Notes under the pieces: model-generated
The model's input: the letters and a program-made list of their open reading frames with translations, nothing else
Told to the model about the DNA's origin: nothing
The model's database searches: none
Translations under genes and position numbers: made by a program
Assembly (NCBI GenBank): GCA_051294905.1
Contig: CM119371.1
Coordinates: 6,946,001-7,010,000, forward strand
From: Botryllus schlosseri
Lineage: Eukaryota
Length of the DNA stretch: 64,000 bases
Direction: 5' to 3'
Shown: in pieces, positions 13,126 to 25,900 of the stretch
How the letters are laid out: every line of letters begins with the position of its first letter
How positions within the stretch are numbered: position 1 is the first letter of the stretch

Positions 13126-13710
13126 GATTGTCAATCAACTACAGTATATAATGATCCTACGATAATTATAATATAGTCAAACTCAAACACTGTTTTTGAA
13201 TTGAAGATGATTAGTAGTAATGATTATAGTAATGCCTGTCGAAAGAATCCTAATACGTATATCAACGTCACGAGTATGAATTGAATGAAATTAAACTACA
13301 CACAAGGTGAACACTGAATAGTGCTAAATCAGAGGCATCCCCGCCATAATGCAGTTATGAAAACTTCTTCCATCAATTTGCTTTACTTGTTATTCGTTGT
13401 ATTGACATCATGACACGAAACCAAAGAGTTATTGCGGTCGATAACCCTCACCAGTTACCACTACCTCGAGAATGATCGAGTTGATTATCCGTAATCTATA
13501 ATAATTTTATACTATGGTATATTCCAGGTGCGGCCGCATCTGTTTAATGCTCCAACCGAATATCACAAAGATTGGTTTTAAAAGACCAGCAAAACGAAAG
13601 ATCGCACTGATTTCACTATAGAGTATGACTGGAGTGACGACTCGATTGTTCTCCCATTGTTAGCCGGCAGAATGGTCACGGTCAGATGGATCCGATAGGG
13701 TTGGTGTTCA

Positions 13711-14920
13711 TACCTTGCAAATGGGTAACAAATCTTGCAAATGGGTAACGATTTACCTTGCATATGGGAAACAAATCTTGCAAATGGGTAACGATTTACC
13801 TTGCATATGGGAAACAAATCTTGCAAATGGGTAACGGTTTACCTTGCATATGGGAAACAATCTTGCAAATGGGCATGGACTGATTTCACCTTGCAAATGA
13901 CCAACAACGGTCGAAACACAAGGCATGGTGGGGTCATCCACCCACTAGTGGAGCAAGACCCAGATGGGTCCCCCCCACAAATTCGGCGAAATCCAAATCC
14001 AAATTAAAAAATCCAGATGCTCATTCAAAACTGACGGCAATTGGTGCGGTCGAAACACAAGGAGGGGTCATCCGCCCACCAGTGGAGCAAGACCCAGATG
14101 GGTCCCCCCCTCACAAATTCGGCGAAATCCAAAGCCAAATTTAAAAATCCAGATGCTCATTCAAAACTGACGGCAATTGGTGCTACCATATGACCCCTCC
14201 CCACCACCACCACCACCACCACCAATTCGAATAGATCCAAATCCAGATTTCCATCAAATCCAAATCTGAAAATCCACATTTTTATCCAAAACTGACGTCA
14301 CCCCTCCCCACCACCACCACCAATTCGAATAGATCCAAATCCAGATTTCCATCAAATCCAAATCTGAAAATCCACATTTTTATCCAAAACTGACGTCAGA
14401 TGTAGTTGGTGCTAGCATATATGCCCCCCACCAATTCAGCGAAATCCAACTCCAGATTCTCATCACGATTTACATTGAAATCAATCAGTTATGCAAAGGC
14501 AAGGACTTACCTTGTAATAGACGATAAATCCATCAGTTATGCAAAGGCAAGGACTTACCTTGCAAATGGGTAAGGATTTACCTTGCAAATGGGAAACAAA
14601 TCTTGCAAATGGGTAACGATTTTACCTTGCATATGGGATACAAATCTTGCAAATGGGTAACGATTTACCTTGCATATGGGAAACAAATCTTGCAAATGGG
14701 TAACGATTTACCTTGCATATGGGACACAAATCTTGCAAATGGGTAACGATTTACCTTGCATATGGGATACAAATCTTGCAAATGGGTAACGATTTTATAC
14801 CTTGCACATGGGAAACAAATCTTGCAAATGGGTAACGGTCTATCTTGCATATGGGAAACAAATCTTGCAAATGGGAAAGGCTTTACCCTGCAAATGGGAA
14901 ACAAATCTTGCAAATGGGAA
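13711..14920 (+). repeat. 43-bp tandem repeat blocks (left arm)
   Basis: Unit TACCTTGCATATGGGAAACAAATCTTGCAAATGGGTAACGATT, built of two related ~21-bp halves. Blocks at ~13711-13875 and ~14560-14920. Confidence 0.9.
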
Positions 14921-15353
14921 AGGACTGATTTCACCTTGCAAATGACCAACAACGGTCGAAACACACCACATGGTGGGGTGGTCCGCCCACCACTGCAGCA
15001 ACTCCCAGATGGGTTCATCCCCATATGACCCCTCCCCACCACCACTAGTGCGGTCAAAACTCACAACAGGTGGGGTCATCAGCCCATCAGTTGAGTGATA
15101 CCCGGATTATCCCTGCTATCAAGCAATTATGCCTACTTATGCTTACTTACTTTTCGCCATTTATAGTTTGTCAAACTAATAAATCTGCTAGATCACGACC
15201 AATCGATAAAGCCACCTGTCGCCAGTTCTAGTTGCGCAATCTGAAAATCCAGTTGGGGGTGATACTTACAGACAAAACGAAAGTGACCAATGGCCATATG
15301 TATTCAGAATATACAGAATATACACTTATACAGTGTAGGAGGAACGAATAGGC

Positions 15354-16476
15354 CTAGCAAAAATCGTGGCAATGTTCGCAATAAAAAAATTCTTTTGGTG
15401 CAGATTTCCCAGGGCTGCAATCCGTGTGGGTCCATCTATTGCAATTGTTACACTGGACCTAGAAAAATTATTGGAATTAATTCGCGTAACAAAATGACTG
15501 GAGTCAATCACTTAATACCCAGTCTGTGTTGTCTCCTGGTGGTGTCTCAGGAGGTGTCTCAAAGTAGCATTTCACACAATATTCGGACAACTCTTTCTCA
15601 TCTGTAGAGATAGTGGTTTACTGATTATACCGTAGCCGCCAAGAAGGCGTGGATATATGTATTTACTTGTTTTGTCGAGCAGCATTTGTCCGAATACCTT
15701 CCTGTACCCGACACAAGCATGCGTCGAATGGTTGAAGCCGAACTCCATACCTGACGCAGGAATCGATGCTCCGCCATCTTTACAATAGACTTCAGCAGCC
15801 TAAAGTTACACCGATATCATTAAAACTTTAGCTTGGCGGCAAACTTGCCACGCGAAATTATATAGGCATCACAAACCTTTAACACAAGTACGCCGCAATC
15901 AAAACCATCTTTCTGAACTTCCGGTCTTGTTTTTGGTATTATCGATGTCACATATCTTCGTGAAGAAAATGTCCGGCGGAATTCTCTCATCAATTTGTCA
16001 AGCTTGGGCACTTGTCTTTTTGTACCGATGATAGATTTTGCGACTTTATCAAACTCCGCCGCAGACATGTTATGCAATGCCTCTATGAGTCGATCTTCAG
16101 TCATCTCTCGACAGTCGGCCTCCAAAGATCCATCTGTTTTTGACACTTTACGATATTCCGTATTCAGTAAATAGGGCCCACTTCGACTTTGTTTTCCGAT
16201 GAATGGTGACCACTTTGACAAGTTGGGAGTAATGCACCACTCGGATACTCGCCTTTTCGGAAATCCCCGCAGTACCATATTGAGTTCGACTTTTTCCCAA
16301 AATTCATCACAATTGACTTCATCAATCTCTGGATCCAGATTAGACGGACTTAGTTGCGATGCTGGGCATCGAAAATTGATTTTTTTGCAGAGATCCATGA
16401 TCAATATCGTCGGGTGATTACCGCATAAGTCACAGCTGAAGGAGTATTTGTGATCAGAAATAGCTTCGAAATGCCT
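15354..16476 (-). pseudogene. Internally deleted, spliced KDZ/Zisupton-type (HMGXB3-like) transposase relic with SAP-like segment, Ulp1/C48 protease C-terminus and PHD finger
   Basis: Exons are ~16476-15877, 15799-15667, 15601-15519 and 15458-15354, with GT-AG introns of 77, 65 and 60 bp. The spliced product reads HFEAISDHKYSFSCDLCGNHPTILIMDL...DEFWEKVELNMVLRGF...WSPFIG...LLNTEYRKV...TEDRLIEAL...PEVQKDGFDCGVLVLK|AAEVY...YRKVFGQMLLDKT|NEKELSEYCVKC...DW|VQCNNCNRWTHTDC...FFYCEHCHDFC*. Confidence 0.8.
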
Positions 16477-16491
16477 TCCTTGATTGGTGGA

Positions 16492-16592
16492 TAATAATAA
16501 TAATAATAATATAATAATTTATAGAGCGCCGAATATAACAATATATCATTATTACACTAGGGCGCTGTACATAAAAGGCAATAAAATATAAA
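16492..16592 (-). mobile_element. Short retroposon 3'-end fragment with (ATT)n tail
   Basis: The minus strand reads ...TGTACAGCGCCCTAG...GGCGCTCTATAAATTATT(ATT)n. A second copy lies in the opposite orientation at ~46420-46513. Confidence 0.5.
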
Positions 16593-17689
16593 ATCCGCGA
16601 TTTACCAACGAAAAACTCACATAAATCCGCTTCTACTGGTCGGAATTGACTCAAATTTGTTTTGCAACGTCGTTGAAGACAGCTCAACAATTTCATGGGG
16701 TTGACAGAAAAATTTGGAGAATTATTTTTTTTTATTTTCTTGTTTAAATTAAAAAATTCAATTGGATCTTCGGAGCCCGCCTATACTTGTTCGAATTGAA
16801 CCAAATTTGGTGTGCAGCGTTTTTTAGGGTAACCTGACGATTTAAGAGGTGACCGGCTTGAATCGGGAAAAAAGTTATTTTTGAACAGCCCTACTGTCGG
16901 ATGGCCGGCGGGATACTGTTTCACACGTGAATGTGGACTCTGGACATATGCTCGTCGACTGTCGGATGACCGGCGGGATACATATATGTTCCACACGTTC
17001 ACACACACATGAGCATCGACGTAAAATACACATAATTATTGGGGTTATAATGATTGAAGGCGTCACAATTTTCTTTTACTCATCGTGGCGACAGGTGAGT
17101 AACAGAGGAAGGCACTGCCTCGCCTGAGCTCAAATCACTCGGATTGTTGTGTGTGCGTGTGTGTGTGTGTGGGGGGGGGTCATATGGTTGCACCAACTAA
17201 CTGACTGACTGACTAACTGACTAATTTAGTAATTAAGATTTGGATTTCGTCTAATTTGTGGAGAGGGACCAATCTGGCCGCTCCACCCTGTCGTGAATTC
17301 AAACTGTTCCTGCATGGCCATTAGCAAGGTCAAATCAATACTTGCTCATTTGCAAGGTAAAGCCTTTCCCATTTGCAAGATTTGTTTCCAATTTGCAAGT
17401 ATGCAAAAAGTAAGTAAGCATAAGTAGGCATAATTGCTTGATAGCAGGGATAATCCGGGTATCGCTCAACTGATGGGCTGATGACCCCACCCACCTGTTG
17501 TGAGTTTTGATCGCACTATAGCATCTGGACACTATAACATCTGGATTTTTTAATTTGGATTTCGCCGAATTTGTGTGTATGGGGGGGGGGGGGATGAACC
17601 CATCTCGGTCTTGCTGCAGTGGTGGGCGGATCACCCCACCATGTAGTGTGTTTCGACCGTTGTTGGTCATTTGCAAGGCGAAACCAGTC

Positions 17690-18710
17690 CTTTCCCATTT
17701 GCAAGATTTGTTTCCCATATGTAAGGTAAATCGTTACCCATTTGCAATATTTGTTTCTCACATGCAAGGTAAATCGTTCCCCATTTGCAAGATTTGTTTC
17801 CCATTTGCAAGGTAAAGCCTTTCCCATTTGCAAGATTTGTTTCCCATATGCAAGGTAAATCGTTACCCATTTGCAAGATTTGTTTCTCATATGCAAGGTA
17901 AATCGTTACCCATTTGCAAGGTAAAGCCTTTCCCATTTGCAAGATTTGTTTCCCATTTGCAAGGTAAATCGTTACCCATTTGCAAGATTTGTTTCCCATT
18001 TGCAAGGTATATTCTTGCTCATTTGCAAGATTTGTTTCCCATTTGCAAGGTAAATCCTTTCCTATTTGCAAGATTTCTTTCCCATTTGCAAGGTAAATCG
18101 TTACCCATTTGCAAGATTTCTTTTCCATTTGCAAGGTAAATTCTTTCCTATTCGCAAGATTCTTGCCCATATGCAAGGGCACACCTTGTCCATTTGCCAG
18201 GTAAATCGTTGGATTTCTGATGAATTTCAAGGTAAATCGTGATGAGAATCTGGAGTTGATTTCGCTGAATTGGTGGGGGGCATATGCTAGCACCAACTAC
18301 ATCTGGCGTCAGTTTTGAATCAAGATTTGGATTTTCGGATTTGGATTTGATCGAAATCTGGATTTGGATCAATCCGAATTGGTGGTGGGGAGGGGTCATA
18401 TGGCTGCACCATTTAACGTCCGTCAGTTTTGGATGAACATCTGGATTTTCGAATTTGGATTTGGATTTCGCTGAATTTGTGGGGGGGTGAACCCATCTGG
18501 GTCTTGCTTCACTGGTGGGCGGATCACCCCACCACGTCGTGTGTTTCAACCGTGTTGTTGGTCATTTGCAAGGTGAAATCAGTCCTTGCTCATTTGCAAG
18601 ATTGTTTCCCATATGCAAGGTAAATCGTTACCCATTTGCAAGATTTGTTTCCCATATGCAAGGTAAATCGTTACCCATTTGCAAGATTTGTTACCCATTT
18701 GCAAGGTGCG
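17690..18710 (-). repeat. 43-bp tandem repeat blocks (right arm, inverted)
   Basis: Reverse complement of the same unit. Blocks at ~17690-18160 and ~18590-18710. Confidence 0.9.
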
Positions 18711-18737
18711 AGCACCAACCCTACTCGCTGATTACGG

Positions 18738-19198
18738 TAGTTAACTCAAGTAATGTCCGTTGATTGTTGAAAGAATCATAATACGTATAATAACGTCACG
18801 AGTATGAATTGAAGGAAATTTAACTACACACAAGGTGAACACTGAACAGTGGTAAATCAAAGGCAAACCCTGCCATAATGCAGTTAAGAAAACTTCTTCC
18901 ATCGATTTGCTTTACTTTGTATTCGTTGTATTGACACGAAACCAAGGAGTTATTGCGGTCTAATACCACCACCTCGTGAATGATCGAGTTAATTATCCGT
19001 AATCTAAATCGTATTTTGGAACATTGTCAAATAATTTTATACTATGTTATATTCCATGGGCGGCCGCATCTGTTTCAAATCTTTTTTTTTTTCATCCTCC
19101 AACCAAAGATTGGTTTTAAAAGAGCAGCAACACGAAAGGTCACGCTGATTTTACTCCGTGTTTGGAAACGAAATCAGCGAAGCGTGTGGCTTGTCAGG
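18738..19198 (-). promoter_or_regulatory. Orphan copy of the conserved Kelch upstream region
   Basis: Collinear with 13210-13690 and 31264-31730, which lie immediately upstream of Kelch ATGs, but no Kelch CDS follows. Regulatory function is inferred from position and conservation only. Confidence 0.6.
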
Positions 19199-19234
19199 GT
19201 GGAGACCAAAAGTCCCCTACAGTGTTGGTTCGAT

Positions 19235-19362
19235 AATGTTCACAATAAGAGCAATTCTGTTCACAATAAGAACAGTCTCATGTTCACAATAAGAGCAGTC
19301 ATGTTCACAATAAGAGCAGTGTCATGTTCACAATAAGAGCATTCGTGGTATTCACAATAACA
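19235..19362 (+). repeat. 21-23-bp tandem repeat (ATGTTCACAATAAGAGCAGTC), probable transposon subterminal array
   Basis: About six imperfect units, starting just after the point (~19200) where homology to the Kelch upstream region breaks off. Confidence 0.75.
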
Positions 19363-22300
19363 ACAGCCGCTTAGCGCGTTATTTTAGACTTATCGGTGAC
19401 CAAAAGTGTGATTTTGTTAAATCTGCGACCGCTAAACCTCAGATCCTTAAACCACCTACCCTCGCTGGTTTAACTCGCTCAGTATTGACCTACGTCCAGT
19501 GTTTCCGCCAACTGCTCTCAATTAATGCCCAATGCAGTGGTTCTTATGCTATGTGTAACAGAACAGCAAAAGAACAAAACAAAGACTGATATGCAAGGAT
19601 AATTAGTTTTTGCATTTGCAGTGTAGTGTAGCCGTTACCAATGATATATATATTTATCATTGCGGTTACTGGCGGGGTAAACCTTGTGCTATCAGTAGCA
19701 ATTTTTCAGTTTATTAATATTACAATACAATACAATGCATTGGGTTATAATTTTCGTCTGATCAAGCTACATATACAATGTACAATGCGATAAGACACAA
19801 TGCAATGTAACGAACAGATAGGAGGATGTCGAACGACACGCATCAGTAGCGATCCTTTACTCAAACATCCACCTCGGCCTAGAGTGCCCGATGTCACAGT
19901 TCTTTTTCGATTTTGATCTTTTTTGAAGCCGCGGCCCTTTCAGCAAATTCGGCTCGCCAAGTAGGCCTACTTCATTTTTCCTTATCCGGCCCGCCCCCGT
20001 TCTAAACGTTCACCGTATAATAATCAGGTTGACAACTCGCTAGATTCACGATTTCATGCTTTCTACACAGTTTATTTTTACAAACAGTAGACAAGTAAGA
20101 AACCCAATTTTACGTGATTCATTTCGCAGTAAATTATAAGAGTTGACTTTTACGCAGATGAAAGCAACAGATAGAACGAAGACAGAGATACATTGAATTT
20201 CAAGCTTAACCTGAACACAGTCGTGTCTTAGAATATGGAACCTAAATTGCAGTTTCCCTAAGTCAAGAAAGAGACAGTGTTTCGGCTTCGGGAATAGTGA
20301 GGGTTAACATATCTGCAAGTAGTGATTCTTGTCCCTTTCCGTAGCCATAGCCCAATTTCCATTTTGCAAATGTGCCATGACCCACAACTATAGGCCTAAG
20401 TCTTCTTTTAAGCCATTGCAATATGGCAGGTTTAGGCCTAGCAGTTCATATCAAATCATAGTTCGTTCTCATGAGCAGAAGAACGGCAAATGTGTGTATC
20501 GCAAGCTTGGCTCGTTTCAAACTACACAGATCTTCTGTCGCCTTGACAGGGAAACTGGAAATTAGGGTGGAACATTTCCCAAATTATATTAGAATTAGAG
20601 CAAGAAACATTTCTCAAATTAGATTATAATCAGATTACTGGCATTTTCCTCGAATTAGGCAAAATCAGACATCTGATATTATCCAATTGTCCAAGTCTGT
20701 CTGAATCGTCTCCGCCTTTTTATTTAACTGTTTGATTTGGGCGTCCGACTTGAACTGTTACTTGGTGCCTGCAGTGCGCTTCGCCCTGTCACTAGATGTC
20801 GAAAAAATGAAGGAGGAGCTTTTCGTAACGAGTTCTCCCTCGACAAATTTGCAAATTTTGTCGGTGTCTGATTCCGTGGTCGTGACAACGTGTGATCCAG
20901 GGAGGAGGTCTGGCGTTTGAATTTTACGAATTATTCGTTTGAATGAGCCGACACATTCGTACTCGCTTTGGAACGTTGCGCAGCACTGGGCCGGTTCACG
21001 TCTTCCTCGATCTGCAAAAATAGAAGGGGGCCAGTCAATATTAACATTTGAATCCCGGGATTTCAAGGTTTATTTCTGAGAGTGATACTGGGATCAACTC
21101 TATATTGAAATCCTGGGATTTAAAAAAAACATCTACGAGACCTGACACTACTTCCACTTACATTGTTTTCTTGCAAAACTAGGCCTATAATACCTTACTC
21201 TTTACTTATTCGGAAATTTGTACTTCTACTTGTACTCGAGTAGAAATTTACGACGCTACTCGTCCTTCCATTTGAGTACCAACAATGAATACTTTGTTCT
21301 TCTCCTGAAACAGCGATGTCGAATGACCTCCAACCCCAACCTTCACCCACATTTGTCACCCACCTTTTTACATCGGGATCGACCGACTTTTCCTGTAGGC
21401 ATCCGTACCAATGGTGGGTCTTGGGAAACTTTCTGGCGGTTCACTCCCAGCTACTGGGTCGACCTTTTATTAATCGGGCGGCGTGACGGAAATCCTTCCC
21501 GAGCAAGGGTGACACTGGAATAAAAGGGGGTCAGTTTTTTGGACAACGCTAAGCAAATTGCGACAATGACTCGATTACAATCATAATTGTAAATATACAG
21601 CATCTCCTAAATTACATTAGAAGAAGTTTTGAAAAAATTAGATTACAATTATTGAATTTACGAAAACTTGCACATTGAATGAAGTTCAGTTCTTATTAAA
21701 TCACAGAGTTCCTTTTCATGAGAATGGCAAATTCCTGTTTCTTGACTCGATTCAAGCGATACAGTTCGTCTAGATCCATTTCAGGAAAGCCAGAAAATAG
21801 ATACGTTATAAAATTAGAGCATAGAAATATTTCATAAATCAGATAAGAATTACACAACTAAAAATATCTAGTTGTTCAAGTCTGCACAGTGGTGGTCAGC
21901 AACAAAGTACTTCTACTTTTTCCAAGTAATCCAGTATTTCCCCACTACTGGTAGCAACTAAAATTTCCGCTACTTTTACTTGTAATCCGTCATATTTCGT
22001 AACTTGACTACTTTTCACTATTTCCACTTTGTCAAGAGGATGTGTTATGTTCTTCTGATAAGAGAGATAGAGTGACTAAGGCGGAGAAATTCAGGGGCTG
22101 CTGTTGCGGAGTGCCCAGACTTTTTGTCGTGCCTTGCACGAAGTTATGGGGTGACCAATATCTTTCCACTAAAGTCTGGGTCAATATAATTGATGTTGAA
22201 GTTTGTGTGTTTGTGAAGTTCATGTTTGTGTGTTTGTGAAGTTCATGTCCATATGGCAGTTTCATGACATTTAACAGGCTCAAGGTTCAGCAAAACGTTT

Positions 22301-22806
22301 AAAATTATACGACCTGCCGTATTTCAGCTTCCTACCTAATAGGGCAAAACATCAATGTAGTCTCCGGGTAGAACTTATCCACATCGGTCATTGTCTTATT
22401 CACTACAGGCATGGTAATACGAGAGAGGTCGCCATAGCGCCGCATTCTCTAAAATGGAGCGCAGGTGAGAAAAAGAAGCCAAGAACCACTGTTCTACAGC
22501 AACAGTGTCCTTTTATAGGCTATTATATGATACATCCGAATCCTGATGCTGTTCAAATAGATATCTCTTGGGATGTAGAAACAGAAACCCAGCACTCTGC
22601 ACCGTCAGCATGTGAGTTTCCAGGTTTCGAGAGTGTGTTTATGACGGATTTGCAAAACTTCTTACATAATTCAGTAGTTTCAAAGACAGCAAATTCCACT
22701 TCTACCTGAAGTAGGCTACTTCTTGGTTGCTTGGAACAGCACTACTACTATTCATATTTGAGTGAATTTTTCAGCGTTACTTCAACTCGAGTAGCCTTCT
22801 TGACTA

Positions 22807-24112
22807 CCGTAATTTTCCGAATATAGTGCGCCCCATGGATAATACGCACCCTTAAAATGGCGTGTAAATTATGGGAAAAAGCCTGTACCCATGTATAGTA
22901 CGCACCCTGCATTCGCAGTACATGAATAGTTGTGTTTTAGTACATGATGTTGTTCTGTTTTGCGATGTCACTGTCGAACAATCATTAGATAACGATCGCT
23001 AATCATAATACAATTAACGGCATTGTCTCTAAACCAGAGTAGATAGTAAGCCAAAGCCTGTGAGGCCGGCGACGCGATAGTTCAGGCGTCTGACGGTTAT
23101 GTCGGGCGCACCAGTCCTGTTGGAGATGCGACTGATTACGCAAGTGATTATATCGTGCGCACATAGCCTCTTGTGTGAGCAATTGTTAAGGCCTGCCGCC
23201 CGGGTTGTAACCAAGTCACAGGCTTCGAGTCACAAGTCAATCTCACTTTTATAGTTTTAACTCGAGTCATTTTCAATTCACCATCGAGTCAAGTCCGAGT
23301 CCAAGTCATCGAGCAGAGGTTCGAGTCCGAGTCATGGTATTATGACTCGAGTTCGAGTCCAAGTCATTGTGTTGATTGCTCAGTTTTCAGTTGAAGTCTT
23401 GCTAAACCCACTTTTATAACTATTGTTTGGTGATATCAAATGGTTTGCGTTTATTTTATACTAATTTTCCTCTCTTGTAACAGTTTATGGTCGCCTTTTC
23501 AAGTACCACTACCAATAGACGAAGTCCCTATAGGGTGGTTACTATTCTTCGAAATCACAAAATGAAATCTCGGTCTTGGCCGTCTGAGTCTCGAATCATA
23601 TGACTTGGTTCGAGTCATGCGCAATGACTCGAGTCCAAGTTGAGTCAAAACACAGACTGACTCGAGTCGAGTCGAGCCATTACCGTATTTTGAGAAAATG
23701 ACTCGAGTCAAGTCGAGTCATCAGAAAATCGTGACTCGAGTCGAGTCATGACAACCCTGCCTGTCGTTGACGCGATGAATCAGCAAGGATTGCCGCGCAC
23801 GCTTGTAGCAATCAGCGATCTAATTTCGCTCGCGTACCAACGGCAAACTAACTCGCGACCTGTGCAGAAGACTTGTTAATTGGCAACACGCTTCTCTATT
23901 TGGCAGCGCGTTACACTCTATAATACTAGTTACTGGGCACGATAGCTAGAGGTGATGCGCGATTGGAAACAAACACGAAGAAAGGTGTGATTTCAAGTTT
24001 TTGATCGAGGGAGATTCTTTTCAAGGCTTGCTGTACCCATATATAATACGCACCCCCGTATTTGAAGGCAAAAAATCGGTAAAATTTTGCGCATTATACA
24101 TGGAAAATTACG
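22807..24112 (+). mobile_element. Tc1/pogo-like element (same family as 6850-7688) with a nested hAT MITE
   Basis: TA-CCGTAATTTTCC start, GGAAAATTACG end, collinear with 6850-7688. Confidence 0.85.
23200..23759. mobile_element. hAT-type GACTCGAGTC-rich MITE (nested)
   Basis: Termini CCGGGTTGT / ACAACCCTG, imperfect TSD CCTGCCGC / CCTGTCGT. Confidence 0.8.
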
Positions 24113-24123
24113 TTTCACACCTT

Positions 24124-24403
24124 GTTCGTTTGTTTTGAGGTATACATGGTGTTTGTCGACTACTATAGTCATTTGCACCAGGCCGATATTCTTCATGTTT
24201 ATTCCGAAACTGCCGACTTATAGCACGGCCCAATTCTGGGCTTTTCATAAGACACCGCTTACGCAGATGAGATGGGGAGGAGGAAGCCTACATAAACCTC
24301 CAGCACTTGGGTAGGAATTCTGAAGTCGACCCCGGTCGGACTCGAACCCGCAACCCATCGGTGTTGCAGCCACGGATTATAACACTGCGCTATCTCGCTG
24401 CAC
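24124..24403 (-). mobile_element. tRNA-derived SINE
   Basis: The minus strand has an A box (TAGCGCAGTG), a B box (GGTTCGAGTCC) and an AAAC-type tail. TSD TTTCACACCTT (24113-24123, 24404-24414). Confidence 0.85.
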
Positions 24404-24432
24404 TTTCACACCTTCTGATCATGCCTGCGGAA

Positions 24433-24985
24433 TAAGGTTGTTCAGAAATAACTTTTTATTCGAATTCCGAGGATACAGTGAATATATTGTTACGTTGCAT
24501 AAAAACGCTCCACACCAATTTTGCTCTTTCCAACCAGTAAAAGCCGACGTAGAGCCAAATCGAATTTTGGTCAACGCCATGAAATTGTCAAGTTGCCTTA
24601 AAGAACAATGCATAACACATTTTGGTCAATTCAAACTGGTAGAAACGAAGTTACTGCAGTTTAAAGTTTTGTATTTGCAAATATAGCATTGGTGGTGGGT
24701 AAGCCCTAACGCCAGAATTAATGAAAAACTCAATTAACGTCTCTTTTACGGGTTAGAATTGCGTCAAATTTGTTTTGCAGCATTTCCGTAGACAACTCAA
24801 CAATATCATGAGGTTTACAGCAAATAAAAATCAATTTTTTCTAATAAATAATAAATTTCAATTAACTCTGCGTCGGCTTTCACTGGTATGAATTGAGCCA
24901 AATTGAGCGTGCAGCGTTTTGATGGATAACCTAACATTTTAATAAGTGAATCCCTGGGAAAAAAAGTTATTTTTGAAAGACCCTA
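24433..24985. mobile_element. MITE family A, shared ancestral insertion
   Basis: Palindromic, flanked by an ATGCATGC-like duplication. Same site as 52443-52932 and ~57142-57690. Confidence 0.75.
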
Positions 24986-25142
24986 ATGCATGCAATCACA
25001 GATACTTAATTTTCGTGGCTATTTCGCGACAACTAAAAGACTTTACCCCCTCCAAATTTACTGGAAATCGGTGAGGCATATTTATTGCGTGATTTCTATG
25101 TCATCTCGGAATGAGTAAATGCTGGATGTAAGAGTCTGTAGG

Positions 25143-25327
25143 CAATGTTTCCTCTAATTTTTAACAAGTCTGCGCACACTCACCAACTCACTGCGCAGAC
25201 CCTTGGACAACAGTGCGTAACGACTAAAAAAAGGTCGTCACTTCGGACTTTTTGTGCGGAACTTGGATTTTATGTGCGCAGAGACCGTGTCAGCACTGCG
25301 CATTTACGCAGCTTAGAGGGAACATTG
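25143..25327. mobile_element. 185-bp hAT-type MITE, same family as the one in Kelch copy 2 (opposite orientation)
   Basis: TIRs CAATGTTTCCTCTAA / TTAGAGGGAACATTG. Perfect TSD TCTGTAGG (25135-25142, 25328-25335). Confidence 0.92.
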
Positions 25328-25900
25328 TCTGTAGGGTGTAAATATATGATGCGCTGATGTTAAGGAAGAAGCATGTTGACATGAAAATCCACGGAATTTC
25401 ACTTTGGACCGAATGGCTGCTTTATATATCTACATCCCTACCAATTCTGGATATGTTACAAATTTACACAAACTCACCTTTCGCCATCACGATTCCTGGG
25501 ATTCCTGATATCGAGATCTCTCCTTTTGGTAGGTGACAAAGCCTGAACGAAAATCTCATGATTACACAGATGTAAAATAGACTCAAACTGTAAAATTAAA
25601 CAGTGGTTCCACCAGTCACCTCGTACTGTATAGAGCAAAAAAATGTCAGAAAATGCTTTCATTTGGTGTAGAAAAATAAGTTCGTGTCCATAGGAAAGTG
25701 GTTTACTTCGGTTTATTCATTCCATCTTTACAACATTACAGAGACGTCTCAGTACCAGTTTATACAATTTAGGAATATTTGGTTGATCATTAAACTCCGG
25801 CCTGTGCCCAATTTCACACCAACGATGTAACTAACCATCTCATAAAAGAGTTCAACCACGATAGCCGCTAATGAATGCAGAGACATGCATGAATGCACGG

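Larger units (their letters stand above)
13696..18723. mobile_element. Foldback-type element with long inverted arms enclosing the KDZ relic
   Basis: Termini TAGGGTTGGTG (13696) and CACCAACCCTA (18723). Arm 13696-~15155 is the reverse complement of ~17405-18723, with further related repeats from ~17170. No matching TSD was found. Confidence 0.75.

Noticed and set aside
13711..14920. Possible CRISPR array
   Set aside because: Units are head-to-tail with no unique spacers, there are no cas genes, and the context is eukaryotic.
13578..18763. Many ORFs with repeated ICKVNRYPFARF / QILQMG peptides
   Set aside because: They are translations of the 43-bp tandem repeats, open in several frames on both strands.
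24325..24403. Possible tRNA gene
   Set aside because: A and B boxes are present but the acceptor stem does not pair. The sequence continues into a body with a simple-repeat tail and TSD, so it is a SINE head.
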